From Octopus sinensis (taxonomy: Eukaryota): a stretch of 64,000 bases of DNA. Where the stretch lies: NCBI RefSeq assembly GCF_006345805.1, contig NC_043009.1, positions 39,308,001 through 39,372,000 of the forward strand. Direction: 5' to 3'. A program made the position numbers and the translations under genes. Positions 39,713-51,567 of this stretch are shown here, one piece after another; positions within the stretch are counted from its first letter, which is position 1; each line of letters begins with the position of its first letter. Under the pieces are notes generated by a model. It saw nothing but the letters and a program-made list of their open reading frames with translations. It was not told the origin of the DNA and did not search any database.

Positions 39713-40548
39713 TCCAATAAAATAATTATTCAAGCATTCGTTTAAAATTCGATCTGAGTCACTTCGAAACCCAAATTTGTATACACATATATTCCTTTCT
39801 ATATATATATTGATGCAGGCATATGTACACACACAAGCTCACACACAACAAAATTACACACAAATACACATCCACAATACAAATATACATATACATTCAC
39901 ACATACACCCGCACAACTTTTTACATATATGCACACAATAGGCTTCTGCACAGTTCCCATCTTCCAAATTGCAATCACAATCCATTAGTAAATTTGAAGG
40001 TTCGTTGACAGATATTTGCTTAATGTATCTCATGTAATACAGGACCGAGAACCAATATAGAAATGATTTAATGTGATATTTAAGAATAAAATTATTGTAT
40101 ATTAGTATGGGCAATATCAATATATATATCTCATTGCTTAATGGTATTCTGAACGTGTGAAATCATTATGTCTCAAGATAAGTCAATGTTGCAGATCCAA
40201 TTCTATTAGACTGCGTAGAATGTAATTGGAAATTGCAACCAGAAAACAATTAAACTGAAATTGCTCAACTAAGGAATAAAATAGATAACTGTACATTCAA
40301 CTTATCGGGACATCGACACTACGTCAATGCATTTGTGGTGGTAATATGATAATATTGATTTTTAACACTGGGCAAAATACATCTTCACGGAGAGGACTCC
40401 AGTTGATAAATCGAATATCAGTTATTGACTGGAAATTATGAGATGTAAATTTACTCCAGGAATGGAGATTGAACACATAAATTTAGTAGATGGAATATAT
40501 ATTTCAAATTTTGGCACAAGGCCAGAAAGATCTGAGAAGGAGTCAGTC

Positions 40549-40981
40549 GGAATCTTTTCGGTTTGAACGGCAGTTTTTTCTAGCGGTGTCATATGAAATT
40601 GTCACCCATAATTATGACCCTGGTATCGATCTATTGCATTTCAATCTATTTTAGGGTTAGCTAGGGTTAGTTAGGGTTAGGCTTAGGGTTAGGGGTTGGG
40701 GGAAGGGTATCTTTTTTTTCTTCACAAATGTAAATAAACCCAATATGTTTCTTAAACGAGGGACATATTCATACGGCACATATTGTTGTTTACCTCAATG
40801 ATTGGTTGAAATTGCAGAAATTGAAGAAAAAACAGCAAATATCTTACAAACTATAGAATTTTCTCAATAAAGCCAAGAGAAAAATATGTTTTATAAACAC
40901 ATTCTACCAGTATACGAAGTTTAAAATGCTTTAGTTACCTAGAAATTATGTTAAAAACTGCCGTTCAAACCGAAAAGCTCC
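40549..40981. mobile_element. MITE with 25-bp perfect TIRs and internal TTAGGG-like repeats, nested in a SINE
   Basis: CTTTTCGGTTTGAACGGCAGTTTTT (40554-78) is the exact reverse complement of 40953-77. Flanks GTCAGTC and GCCAGTC. The SINE-B sequence resumes on both sides. Confidence 0.85.
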
Positions 40982-41440
40982 GCCAGTCGGTTACATGGAC
41001 CCCAGGGCTCAACTGATACTTATTTTATCGACCCCAAAATGATGGAATGCAAAGTCGACCTCGGCGGAATTTGAACTCGGAACATGCGGGCAGACGAAAA
41101 ACCGCCAACCATCGTGTGCATATATGTATGTAAAAAGATGTGTGTGTGTGTGTGTGTGCATGTGTGTGCGCATGCGTGAATGTGTGTGTGTGCGTATATA
41201 TATATATATGTGTATGCATATATATATATACATTTGTGTAATTGTGTGTGGTTGTGTATGTATGTATTTATGTATGTGTGTGTATGCGTGTATATATGTT
41301 TACGTGTTTATGTCTTCGTATCTTAGCCGTTCGGTGAAGTATATTTTAAAGAAGTACCAGGGTCGATTAATTCAAATAAAAATTTTTCAAGGTGTTCCTA
41401 GCATGGCCGCAGTCTAATGAATGAAATAAGTTAACAAAGG

Positions 41441-41476
<36 letters not shown>

Positions 41477-41482
41477 GCATAT

Positions 41483-41540
<58 letters not shown>

Positions 41541-42654
41541 GTTTGGGTTTATCATTATTTACATATCAGTATTATATTTGTAGTTAATGAGCGCAAGCAT
41601 GTTTGTATGATGAAGAAGATCTCTGTGGGTCCGTGGTGTATACATACATGCATGTACGTATGCAGTTATATGTATTTATCCGTAGATAGATGTAGATGTG
41701 GGTATTATCATGCGCATGTGCATGGGTGTCTTTGTGCTCGATCCCACCGTGGTTATCAATCGGTGTTGACATGTATACGTTCTCACAATTAAAGGTTCGA
41801 CAACAAACAAGATAGATAAAGTACCAGATAGACTTCAGAGAAGAATATATATTAGGGCCAGTTCATTTGACTAAACTCCTAAAAGCAGTGTTCCAGCATG
41901 GCCGCAATGCGATGAGTGAAACAAACAAAACCATTAAAGAGTGTATGTTCATAACCATGAAACATAATCTTACGGTTTTTACCGATTGAGTTTTTGTTTA
42001 ACGCACGATATTATTTTACAAAATTGAATTAATTCAGTTTTGCTTTTTCTGTTCTTCCTTTTCATATTGCACTTCATGGAAAGATGGCGGTGTAGTTGAA
42101 TCGTTTCCACGACGAAAAAAATATTTTGCAGTATTTCGTTCGGCTTTATATTATGAGTTCAAATTCTTCCGAGATTGACTTTGGCTGTCACACTGCTGGG
42201 ATCGCTAAATTAAATACTAGTTGTGTTCTGGGGTCAATTGCTGACCCACTGCCGAAATTTGAAGCCGTTATTATATTTCATTCACAAATTTAATTCTCAA
42301 ATGTTTCGAAATTCCCCTTAAATAACAATGTTGTTAACGCTTTGATCGACAGTACCATTCTATAATTTCATTGGCTTTTGATAGAAAGGTAGTCATTAGG
42401 CACTTGTTAGGATTTAATTAAATCTTTAATTATATAATGCCTCTGATTGACCTTAATAGATGAACAAAGGCAGTCATTTTAACACCACTACAAATCTAAT
42501 TTGAGTGCATAGCAACGAAGTAGCAGGGAATAAATAATACTGGTTTAGAAATTATAAGAAAATATCACTTTTCTAAATCAAAGCATAGCATCAATTCTTT
42601 GAACACTTACAGAATAACAATTTTTTAAAAAATCAATTTGATTTTCTTTATCAA

Positions 42655-43115
42655 ACAAACATGGCTGTGTGGTTTAGAAGCTCACTTTACAACTGTGTAG
42701 TTCTGGGTTCAGTCCCATTACGCGGCATTTCGGATAACTGGTTTCTACTATAGATCCGAGCCGATCAATGCCTTGTGAATGAATTTATTTGATAGAAACT
42801 GTGTGGAAGCTCGTCATCTATCTAACTGTCTGTCTGTCTGTCTCTCTCTCTCTCTTTTATTTGTTTCAGTCATTTGACTGTAGCCAAGCTGGAGAACCAT
42901 CTTGAAGAATTTTATTCGAACGAATCGACACAGTTCTTATTGTTTTCAAAGCCCAGCACTTATTCTATCGGTCTCTTTTACTGAATTGCTAGGTAACGGG
43001 AACGTAAACGCACTATCAAAACACACACACACACACACATGCACACTCACAAACGATAGGCTTCTTTGTCTACCAAATCCACTCACAAGGTTTGGTCGGT
43101 CTGAGGCTATTATAT
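42655..43115. mobile_element. Two decayed SINE-A pieces in opposite orientation
   Basis: A plus-strand head (42661-42815), followed by a minus-strand tail and body (about 42860-43115). Confidence 0.65.
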
Positions 43116-43531
43116 TCTTTACTTGATGTTTTAGGCACTGAGCAATCCATCTTTTATACTGTATGGATAGTGGGAATTGAATTTAAGGTATCATCCAGTG
43201 AAAGTCGGCTTGCGGTATACGGATGTCCTGAATCCATACTTGGGGCGTGTTAGTAATACGTCCAGGAATTGCATCATTTTCCTACTTTCTGTGCTTATTT
43301 AAAGTGAAAATAAATATAAGAGTAGCCCTTAACAAAAACTATATAGTTTCTGGTTTTGACCCATTTGGACACTCATTCATGTGACCTTCCTCCACCGTTT
43401 ATGGGTTAAACATCTTCAATGCATGATTTTGTAGAAGCCTAAAAGCTCCACTATACAAAATCTTTCCTTAGTTGTCTACTATTGTTCAAATAATAGCATC
43501 ATTGAAAGGAGAGAGAAAGAGAGAGAGAGAA

Positions 43532-43592
<61 letters not shown>

Positions 43593-44483
43593 AGCAACGT
43601 TTTTGAAAACGCATTTATCCAAAATATGCTGATTCTATTTCTTTCATTAAAATGAAACAAAATGTGTGTCATGAGGTTTAATTAATTATTAATTATATCA
43701 GTTTTAATTACTCATTGTATTTGTGCTGATCGTTTATAAATATAACATTTAAACAAACATAAAAAAAAATACATTAAGATCATTCCAGAATGCATTTGTT
43801 GTGTACTATTCATTATTTTCGATACAAAATCTTAAATTCATGCTTAATATGATGGCCATTAAATTCCCAGTGAAGTGTAGTGGAGAGACAGAATCGATTG
43901 AACTTCAAACAAAATGTAGTGCATCGTCTCGCTCTTTACATCGAGAGTTCAAATACGGCCGAGGACAATTTAGTATTTCATTCTTTCGAGCTCCATAACA
44001 TAAATGTACCTATCACACATTGATCTCGATCTCGTCGGCTATTCCTTTCTCTTCAAAGGATCCTCGCCAGATATCTAAATCGAAAGAATTAACTTTTTTA
44101 TTGTTATAAACGGTAAAGACGCAAGCTGCGAGAAGCGTAATAAGCGTCGAACTAATTACTTGGCGGCATTTCTGCCGATTCATTATATTCTGAGCGCGAC
44201 ATTCCACCGAGTCGAGCATTGCATTCTATCATTCCAGGGTCATTTGAACAAGCACCAGTTAAACAATGGGGTATGTGCGATCGACTTACCCTCAAAAGTG
44301 CAGGGCTTCAGTCAAAATTAGAAAGTGTTATTATAAAGTGCAAGGTGATCTCCGCCGAAATCAGCTTCACTTTTCACGGCTAGTAAAATAAGCAGCAATC
44401 AAATAAGCAGCTAATGTAATCGATTTAACGCCTTCCGACAGAAGTGCTGACCTTGTACCAAAATTAGAAAGAAGAAGAAGAAG

Positions 44484-44534
<51 letters not shown>

Positions 44535-44556
44535 TATCATTATTATTGTTATTATT

Positions 44557-45010
44557 CAGTAGTTTTATTTTTATAGCGTGCTTTCACTTCACTACCGAGC
44601 GCAGCTCTGTGTGCCTTGGGTATGTGCTGTGGTTTGTTGTGATGCTCTAATGGTTATTGTATGGAAAGTGTTCTGCGTAGGATGTGTGCAGTGCCTAGTA
44701 GTGCAATTTTCTGTATGTTATATGTGTTTGTAAGTCCTGGTGTTTTTGTTATGTATTTGTCTGAATATTTTTTTATCATGCCTAATGCACCTACTATGAT
44801 AGGAATTGTTTCTGTTTTCAGATTCCACATTCTAGTTACCTCTATTTCCAGGTCTTTGTATTTTGAGAGTTTCTCCATTTCTTTTAGAGACACGTTGTCA
44901 TCTGCCGGTATTGATACATCAATTAGAAAGCATTTTTTTTCTTCATGATCTCTGACAACTATATCTGGTCTGTTGGCCTTAATTTCTCTATCTGTGTGTC
45001 TCTATCTCTA
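44557..45010 (-). mobile_element. 5'-truncated R4/Dong-like non-LTR retrotransposon: restriction-like endonuclease domain and 3' UTR
   Basis: IKANRPDIVVRD..KKCFLIDVSIP.DDNVSLKEMEKLSKYKDLEIEVTRMW..IPIIVGALG (PD..D / K..KY REL motif). Stop at 44654. (AAT)n on both flanks. Confidence 0.85.
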
Positions 45011-45012
45011 CC

Positions 45013-45074
<62 letters not shown>

Positions 45075-45469
45075 CCCTTTATCACGGATTTTGTTGGAGG
45101 TCTTGGGGTCTTGCATGCGTAGCGAGCTTACTACCTGCATCCTACTATAACATGCTATCCGTTCTTTTCAGCTAAAATCACTGGCCTGATACCAAAGTTT
45201 GAAACTATTATACATTTTGGTGGACTGTAAAGATCCTTAGATTGTCGGATAAAATGCCACCTGGTGCTTGTTCCAGTTCTTTACGATCTCGAGTTAAATC
45301 CTATCAACGTCAATGTGTCCCTCATTTTTTGCGATTGTATAAAATAAAGTATTAATCAAACACAGTGTCTGATATAAGCAGTTGTTCGTTCCTACAACAG
45401 TTTTGTGCCTACGTTTTGTGCCTACATTATTATAGGAGGCTGTATTGAGAGTATTGTTAAGGCACCACA

Positions 45470-45827
45470 GTGGAGGCGCAATGGCCCAGTGGTTAGGGCA
45501 GCGGACTCGCGGTCGTAGGATCGCGGTTTCGATTCCCAGACCGGGCATTGTGAGTGTTTATTGAGCGAAAACACCTAAAGCTTCACAAGGCTCCTGCAGC
45601 GGGTGGTGGTGAACCTTGCTGTACTCTTTCACCACAACTTTCTCTCACTCTTTCTTCCTGTTTCTGTTGTACCTGTATTTCAAAGGGCCAGCCTTGTCAC
45701 ACTCTGTGTCACGCTGAATCTCCTCGAGAGTGGAATGCTCAGCCACTTGCACGTTAATTCCACGAGCAAGCTGTTCCGTTGATCGTATCAGCTGGGACCC
45801 TCTTCGTCGTAACCGACGGAGTGCTCC
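45470..45827 (+). mobile_element. tRNA-derived SINE: body X + tail 1, 12-bp TSD
   Basis: TSD TAAGGCACCACA at 45458-69 and 45828-39. A-box TGGCCCAGTGG and B-box GGTTTCGATTCC. Confidence 0.9.
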
Positions 45828-46294
45828 TAAGGCACCACAAAATATGCGTTGGATTACTAGCTCATGCTCTTTAGCATTGCTTTTATTCGTCCACTAGTCA
45901 AGTAGTAGGCGATGTAATCTACCTGTCTCCTCTCGAAATATTCTGATTTTGCACCTAAGCTAGAAAGAAAGATCTCACCACGTTAAATACGTTCAAAGAG
46001 CAGAGAAACTGCTTAACCAGAATTCGTTTACTATCTGAACGTGTCATTACCGTTTGATACTATGAGGTACATTTTACTATTAATTAGCGAAAACTGAAAT
46101 ATAATGGCTAGTAATGAATGCACAAGGCCAGTAAAGTTAAGACTACTCCATTTGACTGGTATACTATTTTAACAAACCTGCAGAGATGAACAGCAAAGCT
46201 GAGCCCGGCAACTTCTACTATTTGAACTCAGGTGGTAGAAATTCGAACAAATACTGCTTAGCATTTTTTAATGACTTTCTATCGATCCTGTCAG

Positions 46295-46554
46295 GCACGT
46301 GGCTTAGTGGTTAGGGTGTCAGCATCATGATCTTAAGATTGTGGTTTCGATTCCTGGAGCAGGCAACGCGTTGTGGTCTTGAGCAAAACACTTCATTTCA
46401 AGTTGCTCCAGTCCACTCAGCTGGCAAAGTGAGCAAGGCTGCGATGGACTGGCGTCCCGTCCAGCTGGGGAACACATACGCCATAGAAACCGGGAAACCG
46501 GGCCCACGAGCCTGGCTAAGCTTTAAAAAGGGCGCATTTATCTATTTATTTATT
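46295..46554 (+). mobile_element. tRNA-derived SINE: CORE-like body Y + tail 2, (ATTT)n end, 15-bp TSD
   Basis: TSD TATCGATCCTGTCAG at 46280-94 and 46555-69. Confidence 0.9.
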
Positions 46555-46790
46555 TATCGATCCTGTCAGCTCGTCAACTTACAGTGAATAATAATCCTTT
46601 CAACTATAGCCACAAAATCTGAAATTTTAGGGAAGAGTGCTAATCGATTACATCGAACCAAGTGTTAACTGGTAACTGTTTTATCGACGTCGAGAGTATA
46701 ATATGCAAAGTGGAACGCTGTGGAACTTGAACTCAGGATGTAAAGGCGGATGAAACGCCCATAAGCACTTTGTTCAGCGTGCGAGCGATA

Positions 46791-47207
46791 CTTATTTCTT
46801 TACTGTACACAAGGAGCTAAACACAGAGAGAACAAACAAGGACAGACAAACGGATTAAGTCGATTATATCGATCCCAGTGCGTAATTGGTACTTATTTAA
46901 TCAACCCCGAAAGGATGAAAGGCAAAGTTGACCGCGACGGAATTTGAACTCAGAACGTACCGGCAGAAGAAATACATCTTTCTTTACTACCCACAAGGGG
47001 CTAAACATAGAGAGGACAAACAAGGACAGACAAACGGATTAAGTCGATTACATCGACCCCGGTGCATAACTGGTACTCAATTTATCGACCCCGAAAGGAT
47101 GAAAGCAAAGTCAACCTCGGCGGAATTTTAACTCAGAACGTAGCGGCAGACGAAATATGGCAACGCGTTTCGCCCGGCGTGCTAACGTTTCTGCCAGCTC
47201 GCCGCCT
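46791..47207 (-). mobile_element. SINE family B multimer next to an older copy (46600-46790)
   Basis: Repeated AAGGACAGACAAACGGATTAAGTCGATTA modules at about 46840 and 47022. Confidence 0.85.
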
Positions 47208-48419
47208 TACACACTGGAAAATCCTGTTTGTAATTTACGCACAGGGCCAACAAGTTTGAGGTGCGGGAATTAGTCGATACTATCGACCCCAATACCTGGC
47301 TGCTACTTTATTTTATCGAAGCCGGAGAAAAGTAACGTAAAGTAGATTTGAGTGGGATTTCGATTCAGTAGGTGAAGTGCTGCAGCTAATACCGCAAATA
47401 AATTTTGTGGCGCTATAATGATTCTGCTATCTCGCCACTTTAAACAGTAGAAAATAGCAACAATAGGGAATGTCTTCTATTGTTATATTTAAACATATCA
47501 TCTGTCATTACAAACAGCAGATTTCTCTCTCTATTCACACATGGACACTATGAGCAATCTATTGTCAACAGTAATATCTCAGCCATAAGAAATGGAAAAC
47601 AGCCACGAAAATATAGGGAACAATGTTCTAAATATTTCACGTCAGAAATATTTCCATGCGTAACACTTAAATGCACAAAAAATGATATTCAGACCCCTAT
47701 CATTATATATATATTTGTAAAGGAAGTAACATGATATATTACATTGTGGGTTGTGAGTCGGCAGTTATAACGTTATCAGTTGTTAAAAGGATCTGTACAG
47801 CAATACATTAACAATAGGACAAAGGTTTTATGCGGTGTAAACCAGGATACGAGAACGAAACAAATGTGTATAGGTTTGATAAATCCTGTTTTTTCCGCCA
47901 TAAATATTTCTACCTGTGGCATATCATAAACATAATTTCATATCGTGTACGAACGCCTACTGGATAAATGAATGTACTACTCTGTCGCTCATACCAATGA
48001 CGATACATAAATACATACATACATATGTATATATACACATACATATATATATAAAAGGTATGACCTGTAAACTGGACATCCATTGTGCTATAAGAAGATC
48101 CGCTATGGTCTAACAATTAATGGATGTTCACTCACAGGTCATCCCTTTTATATGTATGTAATATAATTTTTCTGAAACTTCAGATTTTTAAATATGCTAG
48201 ACCACTGGTTTTAATTAATATTAATCAAATTGATATTCAATTTTTCACCCTTATTATTTTATATATATGTAAGTATATTGTCATGGATAGGAATGTTGCA
48301 TCTTGTAGGATGTCAATATTCAGCATTAACTTGGACAGGAGGGTGGAAGGAAACAAGTGTTACCAATTATCACACCAGGCACCAATTCATTTCAAGCTAC
48401 AGACATGACATTTAGACTT

Positions 48420-48651
48420 AAGGCGGCGAGCTGGCAGAAACGTTAGCACGCCGGGCGAAATGCTTAGCGGTATTTCGTCTGCCGCTACGTTCTGAGTTCA
48501 AATTCCGCCGAGTTCGACTTTGCCTTTCATCCTTTCGGGGTCGATAAATTAAGTACCAGTTACGCACTGGGGTCGATGTAATCGACTTAATCCCTTTGTC
48601 TGTCCTTGTTTGTACCCTCTGTGTTTAGCCCCTTGTGGCTAGTAAAGAAAA
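48420..48651 (+). mobile_element. SINE family B monomer, young-looking
   Basis: AAGGCGGCGAGCTGGCAGAA head, GAGTTCAAATTCC B-box-like motif, ends GTAAAGAAA. Confidence 0.9.
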
Positions 48652-48699
48652 TATGTAGAATTCTCAGAGTCGGTACCTGACCTGGAAACCCACAGGAGG

Positions 48700-48957
48700 T
48701 AGCGGCATCATTCCATGTACATATCACTAAAATGGCAAAACTGGTGGATGGTTGGATTTTGAGATCATTCAGAACCAGGAAAATGTATTACTGGGTATTC
48801 TTTGGAGAACGTTTCCTCACAGTTTCTCCTAAATATGGTCGTCGCAAACCGTCAAACTAACAGCGGAAGTCGCGGCAATCCAATCCAGCACCGTTAAATA
48901 AAGAAGAGCAGTCAATGTAACAGATGAGCTAGAGAGTGAGGTTAAATGGACTGAGAC
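48700..48957 (+). mobile_element. Decayed CR1/L2-type LINE RT C-terminal fragment
   Basis: GWILRSFRTR...WSSQTVKLTAEVAAIQ...QMS..RLNGLR resembles WSP...LEAIQR...LSYxERL. Frameshifted. Confidence 0.6.
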
Positions 48958-48994
48958 CCACTTTCGTCACATCCCGTGACTTCCTCAGCAATTC
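48958..48994 (-). ncRNA. Partial hammerhead-like motif (core + stem II + GAAA, no stem I)
   Basis: Minus strand CTGAGGA-A-GTCAC(GGGAT)GTGAC-GAAA. No complement for stem I after any cleavage triplet. Confidence 0.35.
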
Positions 48995-49120
48995 TTTATC
49001 CCATGTGCCTTCTCTTGATTCGCTTAGTCCATTTTGTGTTTCTGCAGTACACACACACACACACACACACACCACACACACACACACACACATACACACA
49101 CACACACACATATATATATA

Positions 49121-49458
49121 GTGAAGGCGCATGGCTCAGTGGTTAGAGCCTCGAGCTTACGATCGTGAGGTTGTGAGCTCGAATCCCGCACCGAGCAGCG
49201 TGCTGTGTTCTTGAGCAAGACACTTTATTTCACATTGCTCCATTTCACTCAGCTGTAGAAATAAGTTGCGACGTCAATGGTGCCAAGCTGTATCGGCCTT
49301 TGCTTTTCCCTGGATAACACTGGTGACGTGGAGAGGGGAGGCTGGTATGCATGGGTGACTGATGGTCTTCCATAAAACAACCTTGCCCGGACTTGTGCCT
49401 GGGAGGGTAACTTTCTAGGTGCAATCCGATGGTCTGTATCATGACCGAAGGGAGTCTC
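49121..49458 (+). mobile_element. tRNA-derived SINE: CORE-like body Y + tail 3
   Basis: GTGAAGGCGCATGGCTCAGTGGTTAGAG head, TCTTGAGCAAGACACTTTATTTCAC body, and a tail unrelated to tails 1 and 2. Confidence 0.85.
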
Positions 49459-49581
49459 AGAATATGTATATATATATATAATGATTTATCATTGTTTGAT
49501 TTCACTTTTTCAATATCAGTGTCAATCGATACTGGAAAAAGTATATGTATTTGTGAAAGGAACCGACTTCTCATCGACAAC

Positions 49582-49642
49582 TATGATTGTCACACGCCGA
49601 TGACGGGTCAATACCCTGAAACTCGAGTCCGTGTGTATCATA
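49582..49642 (+). ncRNA. Type I hammerhead ribozyme (PLE/retrozyme-type; U4C variant)
   Basis: TATGAT-tgt-CACACG | CCGATGA | c-GGGT(caat)ACCC-t | GAAA | C-TCGA-GT-C^ | CGTGTG-t-ATCATA. All three stems, a GUC triplet and a palindromic stem III (ACTCGAGT). Confidence 0.75.
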
Positions 49643-50200
49643 AGTTGAAGACGGGAAGGATGGCTTCCCTTCGCAAATACTGATAGGGCACAGAAAGTGT
49701 GTCTATAGCCAGCTGGAGGAGGTGTCCTCTTGGAGCTACAAACTACAGTAGCATCCACCCTTAGGGGTTAGCCATATTCAAATGGCAAATATACGTCACT
49801 ATATATATACTTATCTGACCATGTGAAGGCCTCTGTATCTTGTGTACGTGCATGCATGTGTGCGTGCGTGTGCTGGTGCATGTGTGAGTATGTCTGTGTG
49901 TATGTGTGTGTATTAAAGATGAATCTGAAATGGGACATAATAAATGCGAAAAGAAATCAGTTTCTTTTTCTCTTTACCTGTTACCCCATACAATACAGAG
50001 CGTCGTATTTGACGTTCCCCCTTTAAACAATTACTACATTCTGAAGGATTAAAATCTCGCCTTCGATTACATTCATCCAAATCTAGGACTACAAAATAGT
50101 CATGCACTACGGGGAGGTTAATATTCCGGGTTCAATCCTACAGTGACGCGTAACCGGGCTAGTATTTTTCATATATATGATGTGTATGTGTGTGTGTGTG

Positions 50201-50238
<38 letters not shown>

Positions 50239-50244
<6 letters not shown>

Positions 50245-50352
50245 ACCACGTGACCGACCAGACCATCAGATGTTGTTACACATCGCTGGTTACAATGCGT
50301 TCGCATTGTTTTATCCTTCGAATGACGCCACCCCGCTGGCTAAGCAAGCAGG

Positions 50353-50356
<4 letters not shown>
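50239..50356. mobile_element. 118-bp insert inside a (TA)n tract, possibly a non-LTR 3' end
   Basis: (TA)n on both sides. Perfect hairpin ACAATGCG-TT-CGCATTGT (50292-50309). Terminal tandem CACGTGAC x2. Confidence 0.35.
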
Positions 50357-50415
<59 letters not shown>

Positions 50416-51042
50416 ATGTATATATATATATATATTTCTATATTACGTGTTGTTTTTTATCCATTTACTTATTTCAGTCATTAGACTGCGGCCATACTAC
50501 CGCACCACCTCATGTATGTATGTATATATATATATATGGATAGATATTTAGACTCATACAGTGATGCATATATACATACATGCATACATATAAACATGTG
50601 TGTGCGTGTGTACTCCTATTTGAGAAGACGAGAGTGTGGGTGCGCCTTATATGGTCATTTGTTATCGATCTCTCTGGGCATTCATACTGCGCAGTATGAT
50701 CCAATTAAATAGCAATTCAGATGCTACCAGTTGGATAATTGAGGTGAAACAAAATTGCTCACGAATCTCAGATAATACCTATATCAGTTTATTTACGTCA
50801 ATTCCTCTTCGAATTTCTCCAAATTAGGAATTGCGTTATCTCTACAGGCATGCTAATATTAATCATTGTTGCCAATGTTTTCATCTAGTCACCCCATTCT
50901 CTGTCCCTTTCTTGCTCTCTCTCTCTCTCTCGCTCTCCCTCTCTGTCTTTATCTGTCTTTTTCTATGTCTGTTTCTGTCCCTCTCACATATATATAAATA
51001 TAGTAAACAACAGGTTACACACACACACACACAGATACATAC

Positions 51043-51085
<43 letters not shown>

Positions 51086-51106
51086 TATATATATATATAC
51101 ATGCAT

Positions 51107-51172
<66 letters not shown>

Positions 51173-51533
51173 GTATATGTATGTATATGTATATGTATGT
51201 ATATATGTTAATATATGCGTGTGTATCTACATGTATCGTAGATGCATTTTGATTACACTTTTTGTCGGTGTGTATACAATGCGAAAACAATAAAAAAGGC
51301 TCGGTGTTTATTAAATACCTAAGCTTTAACTCATGGAGTCAATAAACCATAGAATTCTAATTCTTCTTAAACAAACCCTTGACATGCCTTTGTTTTCTTT
51401 ATTGGAATACCTTTTAAATAATCGTCAATATTACAGTTTGCCTATTGAGTTACAGTTTTATCGAAAATACCATCAATAATAATTTCCTAAGTTGACAATT
51501 TTCTGCTTATTTGCTATTACCCCTCTATTTTAC

Positions 51534-51567
<34 letters not shown>

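Noticed and set aside
40643-40700. Telomere or chromosome-fusion scar
   Set aside because: Short, degenerate and internal to a TIR element.
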